The notes: generated by a model from the sequence alone, not told the origin. A stretch of DNA of 64,000 nucleotides from Ignavibacteria bacterium RIFOXYC2_FULL_35_21 (GCA_001804705.1 MHAY01000060.1:52055-116054); one strand, 5' to 3'. Shown: positions 45,311 through 55,893, counted from the first letter of the stretch. A program made the numbers and translations.

Positions 45311-45955
45311 ATGAATGATGAACTCAGGATAATATCTGTTAAGAGCAAAAAGAACGGGCAGAGCTGTATTATTTGCCTAAATGACGGAGAATTATTCGAA
45401 TGTTCTTATGATTTGGTACTGAAGTATAAATTAGGCAGTGGTAGTAATATACCTCCTGATTTATTACAAGAGCTTAAGAAAGAACAAAGAATATATGTTG
45501 CAAAGCAATCTGCATACAATTATGTTTCATACAAACCGAGAACTGAAAAACAAATCAGGCAAAAACTAAGAGATAAGATGTTTGAAAAAGATGAGGCAGA
45601 CCTTGCATTAGAGTTCCTGATGAAGTTTGACCTTGTTGATGATGCAAAGTATGCAAAACAGTTCATTACTGATTATTTAAAAAGGAAATCTTCGGGTAAA
45701 TCAAAGTTAATGTCCGAATTGATAATTAAAGGAATAGACAAATCAATAGCTCAACAAGCTTTGGAAGAGTACTACCCACATACAGAAACCTTAGAATTAG
45801 CACTAAAAGCAACGAAAAAAAAATTAAGACTAATACGTCATAAACCAAAAGAAAAACAAAAGGAATCATTAATAAGGTTTTTACAGTCTGCGGGTTTTGA
45901 CTGGGACATAATCAGGAAAGTTTTAAAAGAAATTCAATTTGGTGATGATGAATGA
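45311..45955 (+). CDS. recX: RecX-like regulatory protein
   Basis: Positioned downstream of recA. It has three-helix repeat-type sequence (ALEFLMKFDLVDDAKYAKQFI...). The stop overlaps the next start. Confidence 0.7.
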   Translation: MNDELRIISVKSKKNGQSCIICLNDGELFECSYDLVLKYKLGSGSNIPPDLLQELKKEQRIYVAKQSAYNYVSYKPRTEKQIRQKLRDKMFEKDEADLALEFLMKFDLVDDAKYAKQFITDYLKRKSSGKSKLMSELIIKGIDKSIAQQALEEYYPHTETLELALKATKKKLRLIRHKPKEKQKESLIRFLQSAGFDWDIIRKVLKEIQFGDDE

Positions 45956-47457
45956 ATAGAATAATTAGAATAAATATTTTTCTTTTTTACTTAATAATTT
46001 TTTCTTTAAGAGCTAATTCTGGCCCTAATCCCGATTCGATGAATACCTGCAAAGAAAGGTTACCAAACGAAATTAACAGCTACCAGCCTGTGTTGGTGCC
46101 GCTTCTTACACCTGATGGTAGGAGAATTTATTATGACAGGAAATGGCATCCAAAAAACATTAATAGTACTAATGATCAAGATGATATATGGTATTCCGAC
46201 AGGATATCTCAAGGAATTTGGTCTGAGCCAAAGAATTTGACAGAGCTAAATACATTTGATTCGGATGTGTTATTTTGGATTTCCCCCGATGGTAGAATAG
46301 GGCTTGTTTATGGGATATATTCAGATAAACATATTCAGAAAAAACAAGGTTTTTCCTTTTCTGAATATGACGGAAATAATTGGTCGAAACCTGAATCATT
46401 AAATATTAAAAATTTCTATAATGATTCATTGCATTTTTATGCTAATCTTTCTGCTGACGGAAAAATTCTAATCATGTCTGTCAGCCGTAAAGATGCCGTT
46501 GGAGGATTGGATTTATATGTTTCATTTTTAAATGAGAAAACCCAAGAATGGTCTGCACCGTTGAATATGGGCAAGGAAATTAATACAAAGGGGAATGAAG
46601 AAACACCATATCTGGCTTATGATAACAAAACATTATACTTTTCTTCCAATGGTTATAAAGGTGAGGGTGAGCAGGATTTGTATTTTTCGAGACGTCCGGA
46701 TGATAGCTGGAAAAGATGGAGCAAACCTCAGAATCTGGGGAAAGGTATTAATACAAAATTTGGTGAACAGGGAATATGTCTTACAGCTCTTGGAGATTCA
46801 GCGATTATCGTTTCTTATGATAGTGTGAGCAAAAGAAAAGGTTTATATTGGATTTGCCTTCCAAAAGAAGCCCAACCGGAGCCTTATACTATCGTATCAG
46901 GAGATATTAATATTAAGAATAATAATGATAAAATTACTGATGTAAATATTTTCGTTAATGATCTCCCTGAACAAAAAATCAGAATCGGATTATTGAAAAA
47001 TTATTCAATCGTTATACCGGAAAAGAAAATATATAAAATTCGTGTCGAAGCTGAAAATTTCAGCACCGGTTCATTTGAGTTTGATTCAAGAGATATTAAA
47101 TGGCCTCAGATAATAAAATATGATTTCAATCTTGAACAGATAAAAAATATAAATGAAAAATTTATTATTTATTTTGATACCGATTCTTATGAATTGAATG
47201 AAGAAAATAAAAAAATTATAGATGAATTTTATAAAGAGTATAGAAAGAATAAAATTCAGATTTCTGGTTATGCAGATGAAACAGGTACGGAAGATTATAA
47301 TATGATATTATCCATGAAAAGAGCAAAACAAGTAAGGGATTATTTAGTTAATAAGGGCTTGAAAATAAAAAATATTCAAATAAATGCTATGGGAGAAAAA
47401 GAACCAATATCCGAAGACTACAGTAAAAACCGCAGAGTAGAAATAATAATTAAATGA
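45952..47457 (+). CDS. OmpA-family protein with an N-terminal TolB-like (PD40/WD40-like) beta-propeller region
   Basis: Signal peptide, repeated ..SPDG..I.F/..LSADGK.. propeller motifs, and a C-terminal OmpA domain (ISGYADETGTEDYNMILSMKRAKQV...NRRVEIII). Confidence 0.75.
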   Translation: MNRIIRINIFLFYLIIFSLRANSGPNPDSMNTCKERLPNEINSYQPVLVPLLTPDGRRIYYDRKWHPKNINSTNDQDDIWYSDRISQGIWSEPKNLTELNTFDSDVLFWISPDGRIGLVYGIYSDKHIQKKQGFSFSEYDGNNWSKPESLNIKNFYNDSLHFYANLSADGKILIMSVSRKDAVGGLDLYVSFLNEKTQEWSAPLNMGKEINTKGNEETPYLAYDNKTLYFSSNGYKGEGEQDLYFSRRPDDSWKRWSKPQNLGKGINTKFGEQGICLTALGDSAIIVSYDSVSKRKGLYWICLPKEAQPEPYTIVSGDINIKNNNDKITDVNIFVNDLPEQKIRIGLLKNYSIVIPEKKIYKIRVEAENFSTGSFEFDSRDIKWPQIIKYDFNLEQIKNINEKFIIYFDTDSYELNEENKKIIDEFYKEYRKNKIQISGYADETGTEDYNMILSMKRAKQVRDYLVNKGLKIKNIQINAMGEKEPISEDYSKNRRVEIIIK

Positions 47458-47647
47458 TTGAAATATTTTATACTTTGATACTCAACCAACCAAACAATAA
47501 AAGGTTATTATATTAACAAATTTCAAGTAATATTTTCAAAATCTGTAATAGTTTAGTAATTTGCAATTTTACTATAAATTATTGTATTGTTAATACGATA
47601 CAAATTTTGATTGTTCAATTTAATTGAGAATAATAAGACGAATAAAC

Positions 47648-48991
47648 ATGAAATCAAAATTTACTTCTCCAATATTTTCAATAATAATCTTACTGACAAT
47701 AATATTGGTTTCCTGCAAAAATGAGGAAACTGTAGAGTTGCCGTCAAAACAAGATTATGGAATAAAAATTTTTAGGCTCTCAAAATTGGAATTTTCAATA
47801 GGTGATACAATTGAAGTTTATGGAAAGAATTTTGGTGAAACCAAAGTTAATAGTGTACTTGTTTTTGATGGTACAGAAGTTTCTGACGAAGGTTACATAA
47901 GCTGGAATGATAGTACTATCAAAGTGATAGTACCCAAGGATGCTATCAATTTATCAGCAGAAACCGGTTTGGTGAATTTATCGTTATCAAATATTGGCAA
48001 AATATATATCATAAATAAAGAAAGCAATTCATTAAGCTATGAAGTTCTAAGACCCTGGTATGTAAGTGTAATAAGTTATTTTGTTCAGATTTCGTTACTA
48101 ATCACTGTGGTTTTTATATACCTGAAAATCAACAAGATGTGGAAACGTAAACATGAGCGGGAAGTGGCAGAGAGCCAATCTTTGGTCGGTTTATCTATTT
48201 ATATTGCAAATTGTGTTTTATGGGTATGTTACTACGCATTTGTTCAATTTGATGATAAGAGTCTTGCCGATACATCTATATATATTTTTGAGGGTTCTAT
48301 ATTTTTCTTAATAGGTACGGGAATTTTTGTAAAGGGCCAGAGAAGGCTTGGTTTGTGGAACTTGATTAAGCAAGCTTTGAGGTTGGAACGTAAAGAAGCA
48401 GACTATTTATTGAAGAAATGGTTCCGTCCTGCTAATGCAGAAGCCATCATTGGAATCTTACACCAGATAGCAATGATTGATGAAGAATATGACCCGAAGG
48501 AAGAGGAATTAATTAAAGCATTCGCTAAGGAATGGAATATTGATTACAATCCTGCTAAATTGAATCTTGAAAGACACAAGGGTACTGAGGATAATTATAT
48601 CCGTTTGAGAAAAACAGTAGAAAAATATCTTGACCGCGAACCGCCATTAGAACAGGTTGCACAGTTGAAGGATATGATTACTACTATGATACAGGCTGAC
48701 GAAAAAATAACTTATGAAGAAGAAATGATTAGTTCTGAACTCCTCCCGATGATAGAAAATTACCTTAAAGGAGATGAAGGAACAATACAATATCTTGTAC
48801 TAATTGTTCCGCAAAGTTCAGAGCAGGAAGATTCGATTGCCGAACTTCTGCCAAATGCCGAAAAGATTTATACATCAGGCGGGATGGCATATATGATTGA
48901 TTCTTTTTATTCAAAGAAGTTTGCCGAAATGGTTTGTAATCAGTACAGGGAAATTAATTACTTTACTATTGTCAAAACACCTGATACTTAA
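47648..48991 (+). CDS. Lipoprotein-signal membrane protein: IPT/TIG-like domain, 3 TM helices, a TerB-like helical domain, and an unknown C-terminal domain
   Basis: Lipobox ILVSC, then IGDTIEVYGKNFG..VLVFDG (IPT-like). Three hydrophobic helices at about residues 150-240. IIGILHQIAMIDEEYDPKEEELI is TerB-like. All domain calls are by eye. Confidence 0.45.
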   Translation: MKSKFTSPIFSIIILLTIILVSCKNEETVELPSKQDYGIKIFRLSKLEFSIGDTIEVYGKNFGETKVNSVLVFDGTEVSDEGYISWNDSTIKVIVPKDAINLSAETGLVNLSLSNIGKIYIINKESNSLSYEVLRPWYVSVISYFVQISLLITVVFIYLKINKMWKRKHEREVAESQSLVGLSIYIANCVLWVCYYAFVQFDDKSLADTSIYIFEGSIFFLIGTGIFVKGQRRLGLWNLIKQALRLERKEADYLLKKWFRPANAEAIIGILHQIAMIDEEYDPKEEELIKAFAKEWNIDYNPAKLNLERHKGTEDNYIRLRKTVEKYLDREPPLEQVAQLKDMITTMIQADEKITYEEEMISSELLPMIENYLKGDEGTIQYLVLIVPQSSEQEDSIAELLPNAEKIYTSGGMAYMIDSFYSKKFAEMVCNQYREINYFTIVKTPDT

Positions 48992-49037
48992 GAACTGTAC
49001 TTGAATTGAAATATTCAATTTTAAAAAATGAAAAAAA

Positions 49038-51095
49038 ATGATAAGATATAGAAATATTATAAGAAAAATCCTCGAAGTAATTTTATATATTTTTATTTTT
49101 TTCTCTATACTTAACTATACTTATTCTCAAATAAGATATTATATTATCAATTCTCAGGGAACAAGGACAGTTCATACATCTGAAGTTCTAAATAATATCA
49201 CTTATCTTCCTTTATCGCAAATATCGCCTGCAATTTTTCCGGCAGGAAGATATGAAGACTCCAAAGGCGAGATAAAATTCAAAGATGGAATTATAAAAAT
49301 AACGCCATTATCATTTTATATTGTGCTTGAGAAAGGTAATAAGATAAGTGCAGCTCAGATGCATATACCTGCAATTGTAATAAATTCTCAATTATATGTT
49401 CCGGCAATTTCCTTTTTTAAATGTCTTGAAGCTCTAAACATTTTTTCAATTACACAAAGAAATGAGACATTTTATTTCAGAAGTAAAGCTGATACAACTA
49501 ATCTTGGAGAATTACCCTTGCAGGATATAATAAATAATCAAATTATACAAGAATCCGCTGCTTCCCAAAAGTTTAAACCTGAGATAATCAAAAAAACAAT
49601 CCCCATAACTTTTAAAAAATATTTTTTTGAGGGTAATGAAAAACTAAAAAGTGGATTAATTTCACTTAAAGCATTAAATGATAGAAGAAGCAAGATAAGT
49701 GAAGGAGATGTTATTGAAAAAGAAATCCCCCTTAATCCCCTTTTGAAAAAGGGGGAAATAAAGGAGGAAAAAAATGAGAAAATTGAAAAGCCTGTTTTTA
49801 AAGGGTCTATCAAACCTATTGATAAAAAATACCCTCCTAATCTTTACGTTTTGCCTCAAAATCTAATCAGGAAAGAATTGGAAGAAAGACAGGAAGAAGA
49901 TACCTTAAAAAAAAATGATTTGGACGAGAATTACGACAGAGAATTAAAAAATGAACTATTTGCTTCGACATCTTTGTTTTCAATGTATTCACTCCCTCAG
50001 TTTATTAAAATCACAACTGAATTATCCGGTGATACTTTAATTATTCACCTGGTAGCAGATAGTTATATTGAAGCATACCAGGCGCCCGATTGTTCAGGAA
50101 AAAATCTTATCTTAAGAATCAATGATGCCGTTAATGCAATTGATGAATTCAATGATTTGGATGGTATTAAAAGTATAAAAACAGAAAAAATAAGAGATAT
50201 ACTTGTTTACAGAATTACAACCGGATCTAACATTATCAGCTGTAATTCTAAGAGAAACGGCTCAAAAGAAATTATATACAGTATCAATGTACAGTCATCA
50301 AAAAAACCTGAAATCATCAATACTCCACCCATTGAAAAGAATGAGATTGAAATTAAAAATGAAGGCGGATTTGAGAATGAAAAACGGAAATGGGCATTGG
50401 ATGTAATAATACTTGATCCCGGTCATGGCGGCGAAGACCCGGGTGCAATCAGTGTGAATGGGTATAAAGAGAAAGATTTTACTCTCAAAATCGCAAAAAA
50501 AGTCAGAGATTTATTAAATGAAAATATGCCTGCTACAAAAGTTGTGATGACAAGGACTGATGATACATTTATAGAACTGTATAGAAGGGGGCAAATTGCA
50601 AATATAAGCAAAGGAAAGATTTTTGTTAGTATTCATCTTAATTCTGCGGCTAAAAAACCCAGCACAGCAAATGGTTTTGAGACTTATATATTGAGGCCCG
50701 GCAGGAATGATGATGCTGTAAGAGTTGCTAATTTTGAAAACTCTGTTATCAAGCTGGAAAAAAAGACAGAGAAATACAAAAACCTAACAGGAGAAGAATT
50801 GATTATTGCAACTATGGCTCAGAGTGCCTTTGTAAAGTTCAGTGAGCTTTTGGCAAAGATATTACAGTCAGAGGTTGAAAAAACTACACCGATGAAGAAC
50901 AGGGGAGTTAATCAGGCTGGATTTTATGTACTTGTCGGAGCCTCGATGCCGAATGTTTTATTTGAAGCGGCATTTCTGTCAAACCAGGAAGATGAAGATT
51001 ATGTAAATACTGAAAAAGGTATTGATGCAATAGCACAGGGAATCTATAATGCTATTTCCCGATATGCAGAAGAGTATGAGAGGATATGTAAATAG
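49038..51095 (+). CDS. N-acetylmuramoyl-L-alanine amidase (AmiC-like) with a long low-complexity linker
   Basis: The C-terminal catalytic domain has VIILDPGHGGEDPGA, FVSIHLNS and EAAFLSNQED. Confidence 0.85.
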   Translation: MIRYRNIIRKILEVILYIFIFFSILNYTYSQIRYYIINSQGTRTVHTSEVLNNITYLPLSQISPAIFPAGRYEDSKGEIKFKDGIIKITPLSFYIVLEKGNKISAAQMHIPAIVINSQLYVPAISFFKCLEALNIFSITQRNETFYFRSKADTTNLGELPLQDIINNQIIQESAASQKFKPEIIKKTIPITFKKYFFEGNEKLKSGLISLKALNDRRSKISEGDVIEKEIPLNPLLKKGEIKEEKNEKIEKPVFKGSIKPIDKKYPPNLYVLPQNLIRKELEERQEEDTLKKNDLDENYDRELKNELFASTSLFSMYSLPQFIKITTELSGDTLIIHLVADSYIEAYQAPDCSGKNLILRINDAVNAIDEFNDLDGIKSIKTEKIRDILVYRITTGSNIISCNSKRNGSKEIIYSINVQSSKKPEIINTPPIEKNEIEIKNEGGFENEKRKWALDVIILDPGHGGEDPGAISVNGYKEKDFTLKIAKKVRDLLNENMPATKVVMTRTDDTFIELYRRGQIANISKGKIFVSIHLNSAAKKPSTANGFETYILRPGRNDDAVRVANFENSVIKLEKKTEKYKNLTGEELIIATMAQSAFVKFSELLAKILQSEVEKTTPMKNRGVNQAGFYVLVGASMPNVLFEAAFLSNQEDEDYVNTEKGIDAIAQGIYNAISRYAEEYERICK
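49723..49757. repeat. Palindromic repeat, family A copy embedded in frame in the amidase CDS
   Basis: aaATCCCCCTTAA-TCCCCTTTTGAAAAAGGGGGAA is translated as EIPLNPLLKKGEI. The intergenic copy at 41072 translates to KIPLNPPF in the spurious ORF 41013..41204. Confidence 0.65.
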
Positions 51096-51963
51096 ATTTG
51101 GCGACTGAATCCTTTTTGTTGAAAATCATAAATTTATTTGTTGTGGAATTATCAGGAGTAAAGTAATCTAATTGGTCTGAGAATTGTGGCTGTTGAGATG
51201 AGGCAATCATTTCAGCTACTCCTATTGAATAGCCACCGGGTTTCAGGATTGTGTTGCCATCGAAGAAAATCCTTCCAAAGTTTGCAGTATATGACTTACC
51301 ATTATATAAACCTTCGAGTCTCTGACGAAGTATCTTTGATTGATAAATACCTCTTTCATTCAACAGTATATCTTTGTTCGCATCGAAATCTTCAGTTTTC
51401 GCAAAAGCAAAAATACGTGCCGGTTCTTTATCTACCACCATAACGGGTGTACCTCTTTTAACCATAGAATATAGCTTCTCACCATCTTCTCTGCTGATTC
51501 TGATACAACCATGTGAGGAAGGTGCTTTACCAAGTCTCCAGTAATAGGAGTTACCTTTAAGCCCATGGAAGCCAATATTGCCGTTGAAACCAATCCAGTT
51601 GATTAGCTCAGCATTTTCGAATTGCTTTGATATGGCAATTGGAGATTTCGACTGAACTGTATAGATGCCTGTTGGTGTGTCTTTGCCTTTTTCAAGACGG
51701 TTTGTCCCGGATGAAACTTTGAAACTAATCGAACTGTCGTTCCGAAAAATAATTTCAACATTCTGATTTTTCAGGGAGAGTTTTATGTAGTAATCGCATA
51801 ATAAAAAAATTGTATCCCGTATAGGCAAATGTGAGAACTGAAGAGGTGTACCCACTATTTGTTTATTGCATTTAAAATATTCATTTTGTACGAAACCAGG
51901 TGTTAGCAGACAAACAGATAGTATAAAGATTACAGGAACTAATATTAAAAACTTTATATTCAA
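51052..51963 (-). CDS. L,D-transpeptidase (YkuD) family protein
   Basis: Signal peptide, with catalytic motif SHGCIRIS preceded by GFHG. Confidence 0.8.
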   Translation of the reverse strand: MNIKFLILVPVIFILSVCLLTPGFVQNEYFKCNKQIVGTPLQFSHLPIRDTIFLLCDYYIKLSLKNQNVEIIFRNDSSISFKVSSGTNRLEKGKDTPTGIYTVQSKSPIAISKQFENAELINWIGFNGNIGFHGLKGNSYYWRLGKAPSSHGCIRISREDGEKLYSMVKRGTPVMVVDKEPARIFAFAKTEDFDANKDILLNERGIYQSKILRQRLEGLYNGKSYTANFGRIFFDGNTILKPGGYSIGVAEMIASSQQPQFSDQLDYFTPDNSTTNKFMIFNKKDSVAKSIYISSHTLLHIGK

Positions 51964-52072
51964 TTTAATTTTTTCAAATGTTATTACTTATTTTTGATTG
52001 CATAAAAAAAGCGGAGCTAAATTAAGAGATATGCGAGATTAATACAAAAGATAATTAAAAGTAATTAAAAAA

Positions 52073-53062
52073 ATGCCAAGAAAACAAAAAATATGTGTCA
52101 TTAGGACAGACAGATTAGGGGATATGGTTTTAACACTTCCAATGTGTAAGGCACTGAAGGAGAATTGTGTTGAATCCGAGATTACTTTGATTGCAAGAAG
52201 ATATGTCGAGCCTTTGCTTGAAAATTGCACGGTAATTGATAGAATATTTTATATTGATGACTATAAAAATGGTATAAAAGAAATATTCAAGAATAATAAA
52301 TTTGACGTTGTTTATTTTCCAAGGCCCAGACTGAATGAGTGTTTTGCCGCTTATATGAATAAAATACCATTAAGAGTAGGTACTGCATATCGTTATTATT
52401 CTTTATTATTTAACCATAAAGTTTATGACCACAGGAAAACTGCAGAATTTCATGAAGCAGAATATAACACAAGGCTTGTAGCTTCTGTATTAAAGAAAAA
52501 GCTTAAGACTGAGTTGGTAAAGCCAATTGTTAATAAAGATGCAAATGATTTTGTAAGGAATGTTTTAAATCAAAAAGGCATTTTAAATAGTGATTATATA
52601 ATCCTTCATCCGGGAAGCGGTGGTTCTGCTTATAATTGGAAAGCAGAGAATTTCGGGAAAGCCGGGAATGTCATAAGTCAAGAAACTGGGTTGACAGTTG
52701 TTATAACAGGAACACCAGAGGAATCAAGTTTGTGTAACGCAGTTAGTCAAAACTGCTCAAATTCAATTAATCTTTGCGGTATTTTTGATTTAAAGCAATT
52801 GATTGCAATTATTTCAAATGCAAAATTGCTGCTCGTTAATTCTACAGGTGTCTTACATATAGCTGCAGCTCTTGATGTTCCTGTTTTAGGCTTATATCCT
52901 AATTCTCCGCATATTTCTGCTAAAAGGTGGGGGCCATATTCCAAAATGTCAAGAATTGTTAGTCCACCGATAAGTAACGATAAAAAATTGAGAGACAATA
53001 TGGATTTAATAAGTGTTGAAGAAGTAGTGAAAAAGGGTTTAGAATTATTACGTAGCCATTAA
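52073..53062 (+). CDS. Family 9 glycosyltransferase (LPS heptosyltransferase-like)
   Basis: ICVIRTDRLGDMVLTLP at the N-terminus, and C-terminal NSTGVLHIAAAL..PVLGLY. Confidence 0.8.
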   Translation: MPRKQKICVIRTDRLGDMVLTLPMCKALKENCVESEITLIARRYVEPLLENCTVIDRIFYIDDYKNGIKEIFKNNKFDVVYFPRPRLNECFAAYMNKIPLRVGTAYRYYSLLFNHKVYDHRKTAEFHEAEYNTRLVASVLKKKLKTELVKPIVNKDANDFVRNVLNQKGILNSDYIILHPGSGGSAYNWKAENFGKAGNVISQETGLTVVITGTPEESSLCNAVSQNCSNSINLCGIFDLKQLIAIISNAKLLLVNSTGVLHIAAALDVPVLGLYPNSPHISAKRWGPYSKMSRIVSPPISNDKKLRDNMDLISVEEVVKKGLELLRSH

Positions 53063-53818
53063 TAATATTTTTTCAACTTCCACTATATCTTCTTTTGTAT
53101 CAACCCCAATGAGATTTATGTCAGTTTCAACACAAAGATATTTTGCACCATGCTCTAAAAGCCGCAATTGTTCGAGCTTTTCGGCTTGTTCCAATTTTGA
53201 TGGACTGAGATTGGCAAAGTTTAGTAATGATTCTTTTCTGTAAGCATAAATACCGATATGTTTCCAATAATTATTATTGTTGAGCCATGATTCAGGCATT
53301 GTATCTCTTACATGAGGAACAGGACTTCTCGAAAAGTATAAGGCGTAATTATTATTATCAATGACAACCTTAACAACTGAGGGATCGAATAACTCATCAT
53401 TAGTATTGATTTTTTTTATTAATGTTCCGACATCAGCATTCGATAAAGCAAATTGATTGATGAGTAAATCAATAACATCAGCCTTTATGAGCGGTTCATC
53501 CCCTTGCAGGTTTAATATAATATCTGCATCTTCTTTCAAAGATTGATATGTAAATGCAATTCTATCCGAACCACTCTGAATATTTTTTGGAGTTAATAAA
53601 TACTCAGCCCCAATATTTTTACACATATCGCAAATTCTTTCATCATCGGTGGCAATAATTACTCTGCTTAAATAGACGGATTTTTTTGCAGATTCCCAAA
53701 CCCATTGCAGGAGAGGTTTGCCTGCAATATTAATTAAAGGTTTACCCGGCAGCCTTGTGGAATCATACCTTGCCGGGATAATGCAGATTGCTTTCTTATT
53801 GAATTTATTTTCGTCCAT
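53048..53818 (-). CDS. kdsB: 3-deoxy-manno-octulosonate cytidylyltransferase
   Basis: IIPARYDSTRLPGKPL, ATDD, NLQGDEP and HIGIYAYR. Confidence 0.9.
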   Translation of the reverse strand: MDENKFNKKAICIIPARYDSTRLPGKPLINIAGKPLLQWVWESAKKSVYLSRVIIATDDERICDMCKNIGAEYLLTPKNIQSGSDRIAFTYQSLKEDADIILNLQGDEPLIKADVIDLLINQFALSNADVGTLIKKINTNDELFDPSVVKVVIDNNNYALYFSRSPVPHVRDTMPESWLNNNNYWKHIGIYAYRKESLLNFANLSPSKLEQAEKLEQLRLLEHGAKYLCVETDINLIGVDTKEDIVEVEKILLMAT

Positions 53819-53835
53819 AATAATTTAGAATATAT

Positions 53836-54780
53836 TTAAAATGGTGTCCACTTAAAGCTGACAAAAGGGACAATGTAAGGAATTGTGAAAAAAGTTATTC
53901 CGAAATCGGATGAAAAGCTTGAATTACAAAGCCTGAAACCCAGCAGTACACCGCTGTTTGTAGGTTTGGCTACATTACTGTTCCAAATCTCACCGATTAA
54001 ATGCAGGTCATGCCTCTTTGTGATTCTAGTATCTAATCCTAAGCCAATACCGAAGGAACCATCCTCATATATTAAATCAATTCGGTTATTTCCAAAATAT
54101 ATGTCATAAAAATCCTTGCTTCCCATCTTAGCAAATACCATTGCAGTCAGCTTCGACCTGCTCAACTCAACAGTTCCAACACCATATAGATGCACAAAAC
54201 GGTTATAACTATTTACATAAGCAAGATTATATCCAAGAGCCAAAGTCATTTTCCTGGCAACATCTTCAAATTCCATAGACAATAAAGTAAGCTTAACATT
54301 TAAAGCAGAAATTTGCTGACTTGATGATATACCCGGAAGGAAAGAATGGCCTGCGGTAACAGACAGTATATCTCCCACTCCTGCACCTGCATAGAAAAAC
54401 ATCAATTCATATAATCCTATAAAATGGTTGCTGCTAATCGGGTCGGCAGTGGGTAAGAGATAAACACTGTGGCTGTGCCTGTATTGCTCTTCTTTTGGTG
54501 TTATTTCGACAATTTGATTGGCAAATATAATAGCATTTCCAACTTCGGTTTTTAATTTAATTCCCTCACCATCTTTAGGGTCGTTGACCATTTCAATGAC
54601 ATATCCTGATAATACATCCCCATTAGCTAAACGCAGGATATACTCTAATTCTCTGTTTGGGAGAATACCCTTCAATATGTCATCGGCACAATAGACATTT
54701 TGAAAAAAAAGAAAAAATAAAGAAACAAATATCGAATATCTGATAATTTTCAAGTTTCCTCCTGAAAAATAATTTTCCAA
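53836..54780 (-). CDS. Hypothetical exported protein, probably an outer-membrane beta-barrel
   Basis: Signal-like N-terminus and Gly/aromatic alternating C-terminal half, ending ..SFKWTPF. Confidence 0.4.
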   Translation of the reverse strand: MENYFSGGNLKIIRYSIFVSLFFLFFQNVYCADDILKGILPNRELEYILRLANGDVLSGYVIEMVNDPKDGEGIKLKTEVGNAIIFANQIVEITPKEEQYRHSHSVYLLPTADPISSNHFIGLYELMFFYAGAGVGDILSVTAGHSFLPGISSSQQISALNVKLTLLSMEFEDVARKMTLALGYNLAYVNSYNRFVHLYGVGTVELSRSKLTAMVFAKMGSKDFYDIYFGNNRIDLIYEDGSFGIGLGLDTRITKRHDLHLIGEIWNSNVAKPTNSGVLLGFRLCNSSFSSDFGITFFTIPYIVPFVSFKWTPF

Positions 54781-54813
54781 AATAAGAAAAATTGCATTAT
54801 TCCCGATTTTTTA

Positions 54814-55893
54814 TTATTGTTTATTTTCCCTTAAGCTTTTCAGGGCGAGCTGGCCACAAGCGGCATCAATGTCCAAACCGCTCGAAGTTCGTTGGAATGA
54901 TTGAACATCCAACTTTAACAATTCTTTTCTAAACCACTGAATTTTCCCCTTGGATGCCGGTTTTAACTCTGATGCAAATCCCGTTGGATTTGTGAATTCA
55001 ATTGTGTGGAAGGGAATTAAGTTAATCTTTGCAGGAACTCTTTTAGCAAGCTTAGCAAGACGCTTGATGTCTTCGGGCCTGTCGTTTAATCCTTCAAAAA
55101 GTATATATTCAAACGTAACAGGCGTTTTTGTCTTTCTATAATAATATTCGATAGATTCAATTAATTCATCGAATTTCCACTTTCCGGCCGAAGGCATTAG
55201 TTTCTTTCTTAAATCTTGTGTAGGAGCATGTAGGGAAAGAGCAAGCTTAACGGGAAGATTATCATCGGCAAGCTGAATTATTTTTGGAATAATGCCTGCT
55301 GTTGAAATTGTGAGCTTCTTTTTCTTAATCAACTGAATTTCAGGATTTGTTAAAATCTCAACAGCTTTTTTTACATTTTCATAATTGAGGAGAGGCTCGC
55401 CCATACCCATAAATACTATGTTAGTAAGCTTCGAGCCAATTTGCTTCTCAACGGCTAAAACCTGGTCAACTATTTCGGAAGCAGAAAGATTTCGTTTGAA
55501 TTTTAGCTTGCCTGTCGCACAGAATGTGCAATTCAGTGAACAGCCTGCCTGGGACGAAATACACAATGTCCGCCTGTTTTTTTTTGCCTCATCTGTGTAT
55601 TCGCAAGGGATGAGGACAGATTCAATGGCTGAACCGTCTTTCAGTTCAAAAAGAAATTTAATAGTGCCATCAGATGAATGTTGCGATTTAGAGCTATTAA
55701 AAGAAGAAATATCAAAATCATTTGTGAGTTTCTGACGTAATGATTTAGGTAAGTTTGCAATTTCATCGAATGTTGCAACACGTTGAACATATATTTTCTG
55801 GAATATCTGATTGGCTCTGTATTTGGGCTCACTTACAGAAACAAGATAATCCTGCAATTCGGGAATAGTCAGATTTTTTATATTTCTTTTCAA
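54814..55893 (-). CDS. rlmN: 23S rRNA/tRNA (adenine-C2)-methyltransferase, radical SAM
   Basis: YRANQIF, radical SAM cluster motif GCSLNCTFCATG, MGMGEPL, and the C-terminal DIDAACGQL. Confidence 0.9.
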   Translation of the reverse strand: MKRNIKNLTIPELQDYLVSVSEPKYRANQIFQKIYVQRVATFDEIANLPKSLRQKLTNDFDISSFNSSKSQHSSDGTIKFLFELKDGSAIESVLIPCEYTDEAKKNRRTLCISSQAGCSLNCTFCATGKLKFKRNLSASEIVDQVLAVEKQIGSKLTNIVFMGMGEPLLNYENVKKAVEILTNPEIQLIKKKKLTISTAGIIPKIIQLADDNLPVKLALSLHAPTQDLRKKLMPSAGKWKFDELIESIEYYYRKTKTPVTFEYILFEGLNDRPEDIKRLAKLAKRVPAKINLIPFHTIEFTNPTGFASELKPASKGKIQWFRKELLKLDVQSFQRTSSGLDIDAACGQLALKSLRENKQ

